Positions 1 to 11,935 of a stretch of DNA of 64,000 nt are shown one piece after another; position 1 is the first letter of the stretch, and each line of letters begins with the position of its first letter. The notes beneath the pieces are model-generated. The model was not told where the DNA came from. It made no database searches and saw only the letters and a list, made by a program, of their open reading frames with translations. Location: positions 283,390,643-283,454,642 of the forward strand of contig NC_058134.1 in the NCBI RefSeq assembly GCF_016433145.1, given 5' to 3'. This DNA comes from Gracilinanus agilis (taxonomy: Eukaryota). A program made the translations under genes and the position numbers.

Positions 1-492
1 GGGGGAGGGGGGGACAGGGAAATCCCTTGGATCAGAACCAATTGGGGAAGGTGACGGAGATGCCTGTGGGGGAGGGGAAGAAAGTGCCATGCAGAGTGCA
101 GATGAGGTGGCATCTATGGTGGGAGGTGGGGGTCTGGGGATGCGGGACGTGGAGTGCCAAGGTGTTGTGGGGAGGGGGGTCATTCAGGGCTCCGGAGAGA
201 GAAGATGGGAGAAGTTAACAGATTCGGAGCTAGGGGACCTTGGTAGTGTCCAGTGGAAGGGGTAAAGAAGAGAATCCTGGCGGGAGTGGTGGTGGATCCA
301 TGGAGATCGGGATCCCGCAGGAGTATTGGGCTGGAGTGAAGTCAGCGGAGCTGTCCTGGGGATGGCTATGCGCGAGAGTAGAGGGCTGGGGACGGGGGCG
401 GGGAGGGGTCTCCCCAGGACGGATCAGGGATGTTCCCGAGGGGACCTGCCGGCCAGGGGCTGTGGGAGGTGGGGGGCAGAGGGCTGTCTCAC

Positions 493-870
493 CCAAGCGG
501 GCAGCTCGCGATGGCTCAGGTAGAGGGTCTGCGAGGTGAGCTGCTCCTCATTGTCCAGCAGCTGCCGCGCTGCCCGCAGGCTCCGCTCTTTCTCTCCGCG
601 GACCCGGCGCCAGCCCAGGTAGAGGGCTAGGCCGAAGAGCACGAAGCCCACGCTGAGTCCCAGGGCCCCAGCCAGATACACCGGCACCAGCACGAGCAGC
701 CTCCGCCCGAAGGAGCTCAGAACTGCTAGCGCCTCGCCCGCTGCCCCGGGGTGCTGCTGCTTTGATGGTGGAGGCTTCGTGGGGCTGGGGTCCTCCTTAG
801 CCGGCGCCGCGGGAAGTTGGTCAACGGCGCTCTCCACGGGGCCGAGATCCTTTCCAACTGGCCGCTCCAT
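493..870 (-). CDS. ESYT1: Extended synaptotagmin-1, coding exon 1 (126 codons; gene continues beyond the window start)
   Basis: ATG at 870-868 in strong Kozak context (GGCACCATGG). Translates MERPVGK...GAAGEALAVLSSFGRRLLVLVPVYLAGALGLSVGFVLFGLALYLGWRRVR...SHRELPAW, the ESYT1 N-terminal hairpin membrane anchor. Donor TGG|GTGAGA at 492. Position downstream of ZC3H10 matches known synteny. Confidence 0.96.
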
Positions 871-899
871 GGTGCCAACGCCCGCACTGGAGGCCAGCT

Positions 900-1270
900 C
901 CTCGCTGCCCCGCCTGGCCACCCGGATCCCCTAAGCAAACCGAAAACCCCGGAGGCGGGGCGGCTACTTTAGACCACGCCCCCTTCGGGCACCGTCCATT
1001 GGTTCACGCCCCAAGACTTGGGCGGAGCCAGGGGGTCAAGACCCCGCCCCACTGGCAGGGAGGCATGGAATACAGAGGGGCAGAGCCCTCTCTGATTGGG
1101 CCATGCTACACTGGGGCGGGGGCGCTCCCGGAGATATGGGGAGAAGAGACTCTGATTGGCCTGAAGGAGAGGAGGAGGCGTGGAGGATGCTCTAAAGAGG
1201 GGAGGCCGGAGTAGGAGGGGTCCCCACGTGGGATGGGTGGGGCTGATGGGTGACTGCCGTACAGAGCTTC
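900..1270 (-). promoter_or_regulatory. ESYT1 CpG-island promoter with GC/KLF boxes and CCAAT boxes
   Basis: CpG-rich. GGGGCGGGGC near 955; CACGCCCC twice near 975 and 1005; ATTGG at 998-1002, 1095-1099 and 1155-1159 (the last two are CTCTGATTGG, exactly 60 bp apart). Confidence 0.75.
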
Positions 1271-1820
1271 CCCTCTCCCCAATTGCTCTGGTTTAGGCCG
1301 AGCAAGCTGGACTAAATTAAAGTTTTGTAGACGTCTAGAAGCGCCATTCCCCCCAAATATGGATGGGTTAGGAATTCCGCCTTTCCCCTCTCCGCAAGCC
1401 AAGAATGCCAAAACCCATTGCTTCCAGGGAGTCTTTCAGAGGTCAAGACTGGAATAAAAAGGTTCTGCCACCATCTTCATCTGCCGTGAACCTCAGCACG
1501 AGAAAGAGAGCATTGGGTTTGGAGCTCTTGGACCTCAGTTCAGCTCCTGGCATTGCCATTTGCTATCTCTGTGACTTCCACTGTCAGATTAGAGGGCTGG
1601 ACTAGATTATGTCTAATCCCAAGTATGGGAAAACTACAATTTCTGAACCATGAAGAAATGACCAGGGGCTGGGACAATGCAACCTGGAGAAGGTGGTTCA
1701 TGAAAAATGGTCTTTTTTAAATCTCTGAAGGGTTATATATAGAGAGATGATTTTTTTTTTTGTCTCTGCCATGGGCAGTTTGGGAAGAAATGGACCCGCA
1801 ATTGCTACAGGCGAGGATGA

Positions 1821-1990
1821 GGGACAATTAGATAACAGTAGTTAGAGCTAGATCGATGCAGTCTGGAAGATCCAGGTTCAAATCTGATTTCAGGCACTCT
1901 TAGCTGTGTGACCCTAGGCAAGACCCTTAATCCTGATTACTGTTTTTCTGGCTTAGATTTGATACTAAAATAGGAAAAAAGTTGGTTAAA
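1821..1990 (+). mobile_element. Old tRNA-derived CORE-SINE (SINE1/MAR-like), degenerate
   Basis: GGTTCAAATC B-box followed by TAGCTGTGTGACCCTAGGCAAG core. Confidence 0.65.
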
Positions 1991-2184
1991 TCTTTGTTGT
2001 TCAGAGTGAATAGGTAAGCAGAGATATCAGTGAATCAAATAAACCAACAAGCATTTATTAGGTTCCTACGATGTGCCAGGCACCCTGGTGAGGGGATGAG
2101 GCATGGTAGGAAACAACATTCAGGAAGGCAGGAAAGAAAAATCCAGCAAGAAAAAATTTTTAAATTAAAAAATAAATTTCTATA

Positions 2185-2775
2185 TTTCTAAAATCTCTTC
2201 CCCAATAGAGAATTGGTAAAAGTATGTGAACGAAGAATTCTCAAAAGAAGAATCACAAATTAGTAACAGCCATAAGAAAGAATGCTCCAAAGCAGTAATA
2301 GTGAAATACAAATCCAAGCAACCCTGAGGTTCACCTCACACCCAGCAAATTGGCAAAGAAGGCAAACATTCAAATAATCAAAGTTTGGAGGTGTTAGCAG
2401 AAAACAGACATACAAGGACATTGTTGGTGGAGCTGCGCATTGGTACAATGATTCTGGAAAATACCCTAAAAAAAACTGACTGACACTTTTCACAAAAAAT
2501 AAAGGCTCCAAAATATTTATAGCAGTACCTTTTCTGGTAGAAAGGGACTGGAAACAAAGTAGATGCCCAATAACTGAGGACTGGCTAAACAAATTGTAAG
2601 ATATAAATGTAATAGAATATTACTGTGCTGGAAGAAACACAGAACATGATGAATGAAGAGAAGCTTGGATAGACAAGTTAAGTGATAAAATGTAAGATAA
2701 ACAGAGACAAGAAAACAATACATAAAAGGGCTACAGCAATGTATATAAAAAGAACAATAACCACAAAATTATATT
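2185..2775 (+). mobile_element. L1 ORF2 C-terminal/3' fragment, degenerate
   Basis: A-rich strand with recognisable L1 3' segments (CAACCCTGAGGTTCACCTCACACC, TTGTTGGTGGAGCTG, GATGCCCAATAACTGAGGA); no open frame. Confidence 0.75.
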
Positions 2776-3386
2776 TAAAAAAAATTTAAACCCTTAAATT
2801 CTGTCTTAGAATTTCTAGCTAGGAAGTATCTGAGGTCAGATTTGAACCCAATATCTCCTGTCTGTAGGCCTGGCTTTTTATCCGCTGAGCCATCTACTAC
2901 CCCTAAAACATATATTTTAAAAAGAATAATGTGAATGTTGTGAAAAAACAAGCTTGGCCTCAAAGAAGAGATATGAAAAGATATTTCCTCCTACTTTTTG
3001 CAGAAGTATACTGTACCCCAATTTACAACATTTCTTATAATGTGTTTTTTTCTATTTTTCAATGTGTCAGAGAGATTCTTTTAAAAACCCTTATTTTCTG
3101 TCTTAGTAACAACTCTAAGACAGAAAAGCAAGAGCTAGGCAAATGGGGTTAAGTGACTTGCTCAGTGCCAATCAGCTAGGAAGTGTCTGAGGCTATCAGA
3201 TAGGCTTTGATGATTTTTTTTTCTCTTCCTCTTTAAAAAATTTTTTTTGCTTTAGCTCTGGGGCAGGGTAGCCTTTCATGGGGGAATCTAGGTGAAATAA
3301 AACAAAAAGATATCAATGAAAATCTATTGTTAACATAAATGTCTATAGTTCAATGCCATAAAGTTCCATTCTCCATAGTAAATATT

Positions 3387-3571
3387 TTTTTTTTTAAACC
3401 CTTGTACTTCAGTGTATTGTCTCATAGGTGGAAGGTTGGTAAGGGTGGGCAATAGGGGTCAAGTGACTTGCCCAGGGTCACACAGCTGGGAAGTGGCTGA
3501 GGCCGGGTTTGAACCTAGGACCTCCTGTCTCTAGGCCTGACTCTCACTCCACTGAGCTACCCAGCTGTCCC
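3387..3571 (-). mobile_element. Young full-length marsupial SINE1 copy with target-site duplication
   Basis: Near-identical to the copies at 4506-4695 and 57253-57445. Flanked by direct repeat AGTAAATATTTTT starting at 3377 and 3572. Confidence 0.92.
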
Positions 3572-3654
3572 AGTAAATATTTTTTTTTTAAGAGCACTGT
3601 ATCCAGTTAGGCTCTGGTTTGAATTGACTCTGCCATTTATAGCTTTTTTTTTTT

Positions 3655-3838
3655 TTTTTTTAATCCTTACCTTTTATCTTAGAATCAAGTATTGGTTCCA
3701 AAGCAGAAGAATGAAAAGGGTGGGCAGTTGATGTTAAGTGATTTGCCCAGGGTCATACAGCTAAGGAGTGTCTGAAAGCCCAGGATCTCCCATCTCTAGG
3801 TTTGACTTTTTATCCCTTGAGCCATCTAGCTGTCCCCT
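3655..3838 (-). mobile_element. Older SINE1-like copy
   Basis: Poly-T tail, AAGTGATTTGCCCAGGGTCATACAGCT core, head ending ...CATCTAGCTGTCCC. Confidence 0.75.
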
Positions 3839-4334
3839 TCCTTTTCTCCCACTTTCTGCCTTTTGATCTTGAGCAATTTACTTCTCCCCTCTCAGAACTC
3901 GGTTTCTTTATCTGTTAAATTGATGGTTTTGAAGATCTCTTCTTCCAGCTTCCAGACTAGGAGAGCAGCAACTTGAGTCTCCTAGGAACATAGGAACAAT
4001 TTTCAAATAAAGGGGGTAGATGTTTTCAAATCTTGCCTAAGATGCACAAATTGATAGATACCACATAGAGTGACCACACTGAGTAATGCTTCCTCTTAAG
4101 AGTTTCTAAGAACCTCAAAATTGCATGCTGAATCAGATGGGTAAGTTCGGTTATCACTCAAATAGGGCAAAGGAGCTGGCATGATGAAAATATTTCTCCT
4201 GATGCTGAAAGAGACGCTTTTCTGAGTCAAATCAAGCCAGGTTCAAGTTTCACTTCTGACACATACTAATTGAGTGACTCTGGACAAATCATTTGACCAC
4301 TCAATGCCTCCAGCAATTCTCTTAAGAATAATTT

Positions 4335-4505
4335 CAGGGCAGCCAGGTTGCTCAGTAGATAGAGAGCCAAGCCTGGAGACTGGAGGTCCTGGGTTCAAAT
4401 TTGACCTGACACTTCCTTAGCTGTGTGATCCTGGGCAAGTCACTTAACCTGGATTGCCTAGCTTCTGTCTTAGAGTTTCTGTCTTACTAAGACAGAAAGT
4501 AAGAG
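4335..4505 (+). mobile_element. Older SINE1-like copy (host of the nested young SINE)
   Basis: GGGCAGCCAGGTTGCTCAGTAGATAGAG head, GGTTCAAAT B-box and core. Its 3' end resumes at about 4707 after the inserted copy. Confidence 0.8.
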
Positions 4506-4695
4506 GGTTTTTTTTTTTTAAACCCTTGTACTTCGGTGTATTGTCTCATAGGTGGAAGATTGGTAAGGGTGGGCAATGGGGGTCAAGTGACTTGCCCAGG
4601 GTCACACAGCTGGGAAGTGGCTGAGGCCGGGTTTGAACCTAGGACCTCCTGTCTCTAGGCCTGACTCTCACTCCACTGAGCTACCCAGCTGCCCC
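4506..4695 (-). mobile_element. Young SINE1 inserted into the tail of the older SINE
   Basis: Full length. Target-site duplication CAGAAAGTAAGAG at 4493-4505 and 4695-4707. Confidence 0.92.
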
Positions 4696-7319
4696 AGAAA
4701 GTAAGAGTTTAAAAAAAAATGAAAAGAAAATGATTAGCTGGGTAACACTAGACAAATTGTGTAACCTAAGATGGTCCCACTTGTTTAACAGAAACCCTGT
4801 GGTTGTTAGGAGACTCAAGTGGGATAATGGAGATACTTTGTACAAGTCTACAAATGTCAGTTATTCAGCCCACCAGGTGGTATGGTTCACTAAAAGGAGG
4901 AAGGAGAAAGGAAATGAGCCGATTATGTAGGGAAAGTGAGGAATAACAGATGGCCAGGAAAAGCGTTGCCCAGTTACCCATAAAATGGAGTCATTAGGAT
5001 CCTTTATGGACAATCTATGGGACAACAAGGGCACCGGATGAAAACATGTGGATGGAGGGAATGCCCCATCTACTGAGCCATGAACCATTAAAGTCCTCAT
5101 TTCTGTGGCCTGAGGGCCAGTTTAGTTAAATTGGCTGAAGACTGATATGTTTGTTTTGGTTTTAGCAGGAACCTTTGAAAACCACCTATGGATGCAGAGC
5201 TGGTTTGGAAGATCTCAGTGGAGAGAGTCCCCACCCCACGGAAATCCCAACTCTTTGGAGCCCAAGTTTCATGATCAGGTGGTAATGCCAGGGAGCATCA
5301 TGACCAGCCCTTCTCCTCCTTTTCCTCCTCTTCACTCTGGGCGGGAGCAGAGTTGGGTGGCGGAGAGGACGCACCACCCTCGCAGAGGACTGATCTGGCT
5401 CTTCGAGGTGTGGATTTTCTCCACCATCTACTCAGAGCCCCCGGCAGTGTTTCATCAGAGCTGCTCAGAACCAGTCCCCGCCCAATAGCCTAACCTCAAT
5501 TCTCTAATCTGGGGTTCCCACTTCCCTTTTTTTCTGACTCCCCGGGGCTTCGCTCAGGCTGCAAAATCTGCTCAGGACCCAGCCTGGTTCCATCTTCCTA
5601 CCTCTTGTCCTCCATCCCTCCACGCCCCGAGGAGTGAGGTGGGAGTAGGAAGGAAGGAAGGGCAAGGCGGAGGGCCAGGGGGAGGCTGCGTGTGGCTGGT
5701 GGCTCCATTCCAAAAGGAAACAGCTTTGTTGCAGGGAGAGGAGAAGCTCTCAAGGTAAGGGATAAGCGGGGAGGCCAGGGATATACCATTCCTGGAAGAA
5801 CCCTCAACAAAGGGGCAATCGATCCCTGCGCCCGCGCTCCCTCTCTCTCAGAGCAGACGGGCTGTCTCTGCAGGGGAAGTTGTCTTCTGCTGCCGGGCAC
5901 AGCCGAGCCTCGGAACAATTAGGGAACAGGAGAGAGAGCCCGGATCCCCCCAGTCCCCTCCCCCAGCTGGAGCCAAGAAGTACCCAAGCCCAGAAGCTGC
6001 AATGCAGTCGTCTGGTACATAAACACCTCATCTTCCTGCCTCTCCTTGGCATCCCTACTGCCCAGGTGCCATCTGGTGGTAGTTGGAGGTAATGGCTAGT
6101 TTGGGGCGGTGGCGAAGAAGGGAGGGAGGGAGGCTCTTTGCTGGCTGCATCATTCCTAAAGAGTGGGCCACTGGAGCTCGGGAGACTTCCAAGGATCCCA
6201 GCTTTTCCCAGTGAGTCATTCTGTGAACCTTTGCTTTGTAATTACAGGTTCTACCATCATTTGCAAATTGATCTAAGTATGCCTGATGCTCACAACGGGG
6301 ATGAACTTGGACTTCAGTTGCCTGATCTATAAAAGGAAGGGGGGGGACCCCGGAGGGTCTCCAAAGCCCTGTCCAGCTTTAGGGTTATAGCCTTAAACAG
6401 CCCATGCTGGCAAACACATGGTACCCAGGCCATAGTTTACAGAGGCTTCTGGGACCTCCACTAAAATCATTTCCCAATGCCTCATTTTAGTTCAGAGGTT
6501 ATCCTGGGCTCTGGAGGCTCTGGCACCAAACCGGAGAACCTCTGAGTGTGGGTCTGGAGTTTGGATTCCCCCAACACATTCAGACACTCCTTAAAGCATT
6601 AGACAGAAGCTGATTGATTTTTCAGCCACAAGCAGTTCTCCAAGACCATTCACTAAGGCTGGAAGCTGCAGTCTGGTGCAAAGATACCGTGCCCAGGTTG
6701 ACAAGATGACAAATCCACAGAGTATTCTAAGGAGATGGTCTGCTGGTGGTGGATGGTGGTAGGAAATGGAGCAGGAACTGGGTGCCCACAGAGCCAAGGG
6801 ATCTCTGCTTTAACTCAAGTTGCTTTGATTGTCAGACAACAAATGTTCATTAAGTGCCTACTTAAATGAAACAAAATTGCAGGTCTTTGCCCTCAAGGAG
6901 TTTAGATTTGTTAAAGTCCCTCTTTAAATGGAGCACTCAGACTCCAACTGGATGCTAAATACAGATGTCATGTGACCAAGACAGAGGACAATTGGACTGT
7001 CACCTCCCACTAATAGGACTCTCCCTATCATCTCCCCATGCTGGTCTTGTCCAAGCTAACCATCCCCAGGTCTAGCAATCATTCCTAATGACATGATTTC
7101 AGACCCCTTCTATAAGCTACTGTAACATAATGGAAAGAGTTCTAGGTTTGAAGTCAGAAGACCTGAGTTCAAATACTTCCTGTGTGACCTGGGGGCAAGG
7201 TAGAACTTCTCACTTGTTCTAGAAGATGATTTCAAAGATTCCTTTTATTTCTAAGCCTTTAGGCTTACTTCTTACTTACTTCTAAGGGTTATCTTATAAC
7301 CCTTTACTTCTCCAAATGC

Positions 7320-7480
7320 TTGAGACAGGAGGTCCTGGGTTCAAATATGACCTCAGACATTTCCTAGCTGTGTGACCCTGGGTAAGTCGCTGAACCCCCA
7401 TTGCCTAGCCCTTACTGCTCATCTGTCTTGGAACCAATACTTCACTTCCAGTCTAAGAGAGAAGATAACGGTTAAAAACA
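7320..7480 (+). mobile_element. 5'-truncated SINE1 copy
   Basis: GGAGGTCCTGGGTTCAAAT...TAGCTGTGTGACCCTGGG...CCCCCATTGCCTAGCCCTTAC. Confidence 0.8.
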
Positions 7481-7741
7481 AAAAGAATAATGAATTAGCT
7501 TTTTTCATTATTAAAGAATAATGAATTTAGCTGTCTAATAATGAATTAGACAGACCATATTATTGACTAATATTGAGTTCGTCTTTTTTGTTCCTTGTCT
7601 TTTTTACAAGAACTGTTCTCAAGGCAAGGCTCTCCTCTTCCTTGCCTGCCCCTACCCAAACTTGTACTTGTGCTTTGTTAGATCTATTCGAAGGATTTTA
7701 TATATTTTTCTCACTGTGCCCTCTGGTCCTTTGACTCACTG

Positions 7742-7928
7742 AGCTGGGTAGCTCAGTGGATTGAGAGCCAGGCCTAGAGATGGGAGGTCCTAGGTTCAAA
7801 TCTGGACTCAGACACTTCCCAGCTGTGTGACCCTGGGCAAGTCACTTGACCCCCATTTCCTACCCTTACCACTCTTCCACCAAGGAGCTAATACACAGAA
7901 GTTAAGGGTTTAAAAATAATAAAAAAAA
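7742..7928 (+). mobile_element. SINE1 copy
   Basis: AGCTGGGTAGCTCAGTGGATTGAGAGCCAGGCCTAGAG head through AAGGGTTT plus A tail. Confidence 0.9.
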
Positions 7929-10093
7929 ATTTTACATCAGCTCAACTTGCTTCTATGCTGAGTCTTGACCTCATTTGATGACACCTTAATGAACCACTAA
8001 CTCCCCCAAGTCACATAGCTAAAATGGTCACACAGTCCTCTTCCATCTCTCACTGGCCTTTTTAATCTTCAGCCTGGATGAATTCTTGATGTGATTTTTC
8101 TACTATTGCTCCTAGGCTGTTGCATGTTACTGGAGAAAATTTTGTGTAACTTGTGCTAATCCAGATATGATCTGGGCCCAGAGTGAAGATCATTCATCTC
8201 AGAAGAGAGCCTGAGGAGCTCTCCTTTCCCCTTCCCAGAGAAATCAGGGATCTTGCACTTGAAAAAGACAAGAAGATAGAGCAGATAAGACCTGGGCTTT
8301 GGGGACCCGAACTGATTAACTGTTTCTGTTGCCTTTTGGGATTCTGGATTTCCTGCTTCTTGTGCAAAGAACCAGGTAGACTAGACCTGTATGTACCATG
8401 TGAGGAAGTTGCTGAGTGATGCCTACTTGCTAACGATTAGAACCAGGAGAAGAAATGATGATTAATCTTCCCTTGAATCTTCAGCCTCAGAAAACTGGAT
8501 TGGCAAGAGAAGGCACTACAGAACTGGGACCGGAGTGGGTAAGACTGGAAGATCTCCAGGATGGACACACGTGTGCCTTCCCATGATCAGTAAGTATGAG
8601 TGCTTTGAGAGTTTTCCCTCACCTCCCTAAAGAACTGAGAGGGCCAATTGGGAGGAAGCTTTGGGAGATGAGTGTGAAAGCGTTTTACTTTCGTTTTAGC
8701 CTACGTTGTTTAGCCACAGTAGCTTGAGTGTTTCCATCCTGTGTGTATTGGAGTGGGGGTGTTGATTGAGAGAAAATTCCAGATGTGAGATGGCAGATGT
8801 AGTCACAGATTTCAAATGTTGTCGTTTTGACTAGAATCTAAATGTCACCAGTGTTGGGTCTTGGGCTACTTGGTCTTGCTTAAAGGACTGCTTGGAGGAG
8901 CAGCCTAGACAGAGCATCATCTGGTGGCCAGTGAGGATAATACAGTCTCTGGGAAGATCATCAGCGTGCAGGAGAGGAACCGAAGGGGGTGCTGGGCTAG
9001 CTAGGGGCTCAAGGAGAGTGTCATTCCATGGGCAACTAGGTTTGAGTTCTACTGGATAATTAACATAGGGACCCATTGCCTTTCTGGGACATAAACTGAT
9101 TTGGATTGGCCCTGCTGGTCCCTGTAATAGACATATAAAGTATCACATGAACTCTCTCTATACAAAATGCTACATGTGAAATACATTGATTTCATTTCAT
9201 AGAAATTTATAGTGCAAAAGCCCCCATGGGCCATCACTATTGCTTGACAATAGTTTTATTCTATTCTTCTTGTCCTTCCATCTCAACTCCAAGACGGGTT
9301 GCTCCAAACTTTTCCCTTCCAATCACACACCCACATTTATAAGAGATGGACATAGTCTATTCCACTCTGAGAAGATTGAGGCTGTCAAAATTCCTTTGAC
9401 TTTCCTCTTTGAGTCTAAAAATTCCTCATTATTTTCATTCATTCTTTTTTTCCTGTATCAAAAGAAGAATTCTTGTTAAGAGCAATCACTCCAACCTTCA
9501 AAATGTCTCTTTCTCCCTTCGCTGTGACTTAGTTCTGGAATTCATTTCTTCCTTCTTGTAACAATAGCTCATATTTATACGGTACTTTATTATTATCCCA
9601 GTTTTGCAGATGAGGACATTGTGGTTCAGGGAGGTTGTGACTTGCCCAAGATCACACTATCAAACCAAGGTCTCTCCTAAGAGACAGTTTGATGGTGAAG
9701 GAGAGTGCCAGTCCTGAAGTCAGGAAGATGCATTTTTCTGAGGTCAAATCTGGCCTCAGACACCTACTGCCTATGTGGTTACTTAACCCTGTTTGCCTTT
9801 TAAAAAAATATTTCTCCTAACTCCAAGTCTAGTCTTTTAGCCTGCCTGCTGCCTTTTCATGAATTTTTAATCTCTCCTCTCTTTTGTGTACAAATGTCCT
9901 AAAATCTTCCCTCAAACCTCCTATTTCACCCATCTGCTATGATCTCTCCTTTCCATCCTGGTCAATTTGCTTTCCAGGGAGTTAATACTTGATCCTTCCA
10001 TTATCACTACCTCTTGTGATTTGGCTTCCATTTGCACCACTTCCCTGAAATGGCAATAATCAATGGCCAGAATCAATGGCCAGGAATGATGAC

Positions 10094-10345
10094 CTGAGGC
10101 TGGTGGATTGCTTGAGTTTAGGAATTCTGAGGTATAGGAGGGGAAAGGTCTTCTGGTGTCCACACTAACTCTTCTACCTATGTGGCAAGATTCCCTGGAG
10201 GTAAGGAGTGAGCCACTAGGTTGCCTAAGGAGAGGAGAATCAGTCTAAAGTGTTTACACTGAAAAAATAAACCAGAAAAAGTGTTTACACTGATCAGCAG
10301 TGGTCCAGCCGAATGGCCACTGGTAAGATAGGAAGACTTGGTCTC
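10094..10345 (+). pseudogene. Degenerate 7SL (SRP RNA) retropseudogene
   Basis: Collinear blocks match 7SL RNA: CTGAGGCTGGTGGATTGCTTGAGT, GGTGTCCACACTAA, CCACTAGGTTGCCTAAGGAG, CTGATCAGCAGTGG, GAATGGCCACTG, GGTCTC. The 5' end is missing and there are many substitutions. Confidence 0.8.
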
Positions 10346-11284
10346 AAGAAAAGTCAAGTGAAATCCAATGGTCTTTCTTCCATCTTCCTTTACATTGATG
10401 ATCCTCTCTACCTTCTGGATATCCTTTCCTTTTAGCTTCTTCATTCCACTACCTCTTTAGCCAGTCTGGGCTCTTTTTCCTTGTCCTGTCCTCTTAAGAA
10501 GAGTATTTCCCAAATTTTGATCATTGGTTCTGTTCTTTCTCTACATCTCATTTGGCAATCTAATTTCCCCAAAGCATTAGCCATCAAGGAATGAATGTGT
10601 AAAAATGCATTTTTGAAGCTATTGTTTTATGCATCATAATGCATATACAACTACTCCCCAATCTCTATCTCTGGTTTCTCTTTACAAACTTGCATCTCCA
10701 GCTGGCTAATGGTACCTTTCTACTTGCATGTTCTAGCCAAACCATTTTCCTTGCCACTTTCCTTATATGGGCTGTACTTTCCTAACAGTGTCTATGGAAG
10801 GTGTTCTCAGAACCTGGAATGCTGCTCTCCCCACCTCAATTAAAAACCTATCAGGAGCGGGGGACAAAGAAAAGATCTTGGATTCAAATCTGGTCTCAGA
10901 CATTTCCTAGCTGTGTGACCCTGAGTAATCACTTAACCTCCATTGCCTAGCCCTTACTACTCTTCTGCCTTGGAGCCAATACTTAATTTTGATTCTAAGA
11001 CAGAGGAAAAACAACAACAACAAAAAATCCTATCTGTTCTTTAGAGCTCAACTCAAATGCCTTCTTCTTCCTAATCACCTAATTGGTAATGATCTTCCCT
11101 CACTTCTCTCTCCTATATATTTATCTATCATTATAATTAGTGTGTCACATCCAAACTGTAACCCGAATGAGAGGGGAGCCCATGTTTTGTCCAAATCTTA
11201 TACTTCCTCAGGGGCCTAGCTACACACAGTAGAAATGCTCAGAAAATGTTTAATTTAATTGTCAAATTCCTATTCATCTTTTGG

Positions 11285-11570
11285 CTCAATCAATCAATAA
11301 GCATTTATTAAGCACCAACTCTGTGCCAAGCATTGTACTAAGTGTGGGGCATACAAAGACAAAAATAGGATTATCCCTATACTCAAGGAGAACTACAGTC
11401 AAAATATATACATAGAAGTATCTAAGAAGAAGCATTAGCAGCTGAGGAAACAGGAAAGATCTCAAGTAGGAAATGGCATTTGATTAGAGTTTTGGAGGAA
11501 AACTAGACATTCTAAGGATCAGAGAGAAGGGAATGAATTCTAGTCACCGGGAGATAGCAGAGGCAAAGAG
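11285..11570 (-). mobile_element. L2 3' fragment
   Basis: CAATCAATCAATAAGCATTTATTAAGCACC...TGTGCCAAGCATTGTACTAAG is the reverse complement of the L2 3' terminus. Confidence 0.7.
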
Positions 11571-11599
11571 AGCCCAGCATCCGAACTTGTTGGAAAATG

Positions 11600-11935
11600 T
11601 TGTTTTAATTTTGTCACTTAACAAATTAGTAATTCTGTCTCATGATGTCATTCACACATCTGCTAATTAATATTTTTATTATCCAACTCACCAAAAGATT
11701 GAGAAAGAGCAGAGTCCTGAGGAAAGCCTTCTTCCTGGGCAGCAATCAATACTTTGGATAGGCCTAAAGAAACATTTAGCATAGAGAACCGTATTTCTCC
11801 AGTTCATCCACAAGGCTGCTATGAATGTCAAATGCCTTGCTAAAATCATGCTCCTTTGGCTGCTCTATAAATCTGATTATCCTATCTAAAAAAGGAAAGC
11901 AAATGAAATAAGGCTAGTTTAATGTGACTTGTTTT
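11600..11935 (-). mobile_element. L3/CR1 LINE reverse-transcriptase remnant
   Basis: Minus strand 11847-11827 encodes DFSKAFD, followed by ...LVDEL, the CR1/L3 RT motif; no intact frame. Confidence 0.7.

Noticed and set aside
871-921. ORF-track extension of ESYT1 to a GTG start at 921
   Set aside because: ATG at 870 has a strong Kozak context and gives the expected MER... N-terminus. The ORF's C-terminal RQPSAPH... is intron read-through past the donor at 492.
5804-6052. Minus-strand 82-aa ORF with a signal-peptide-like stretch (WAWVLLGSSWGRG)
   Set aside because: No recognisable family, and I found no phase-compatible splicing to neighbouring open stretches. Kept only as part of the orphan CpG patch finding.
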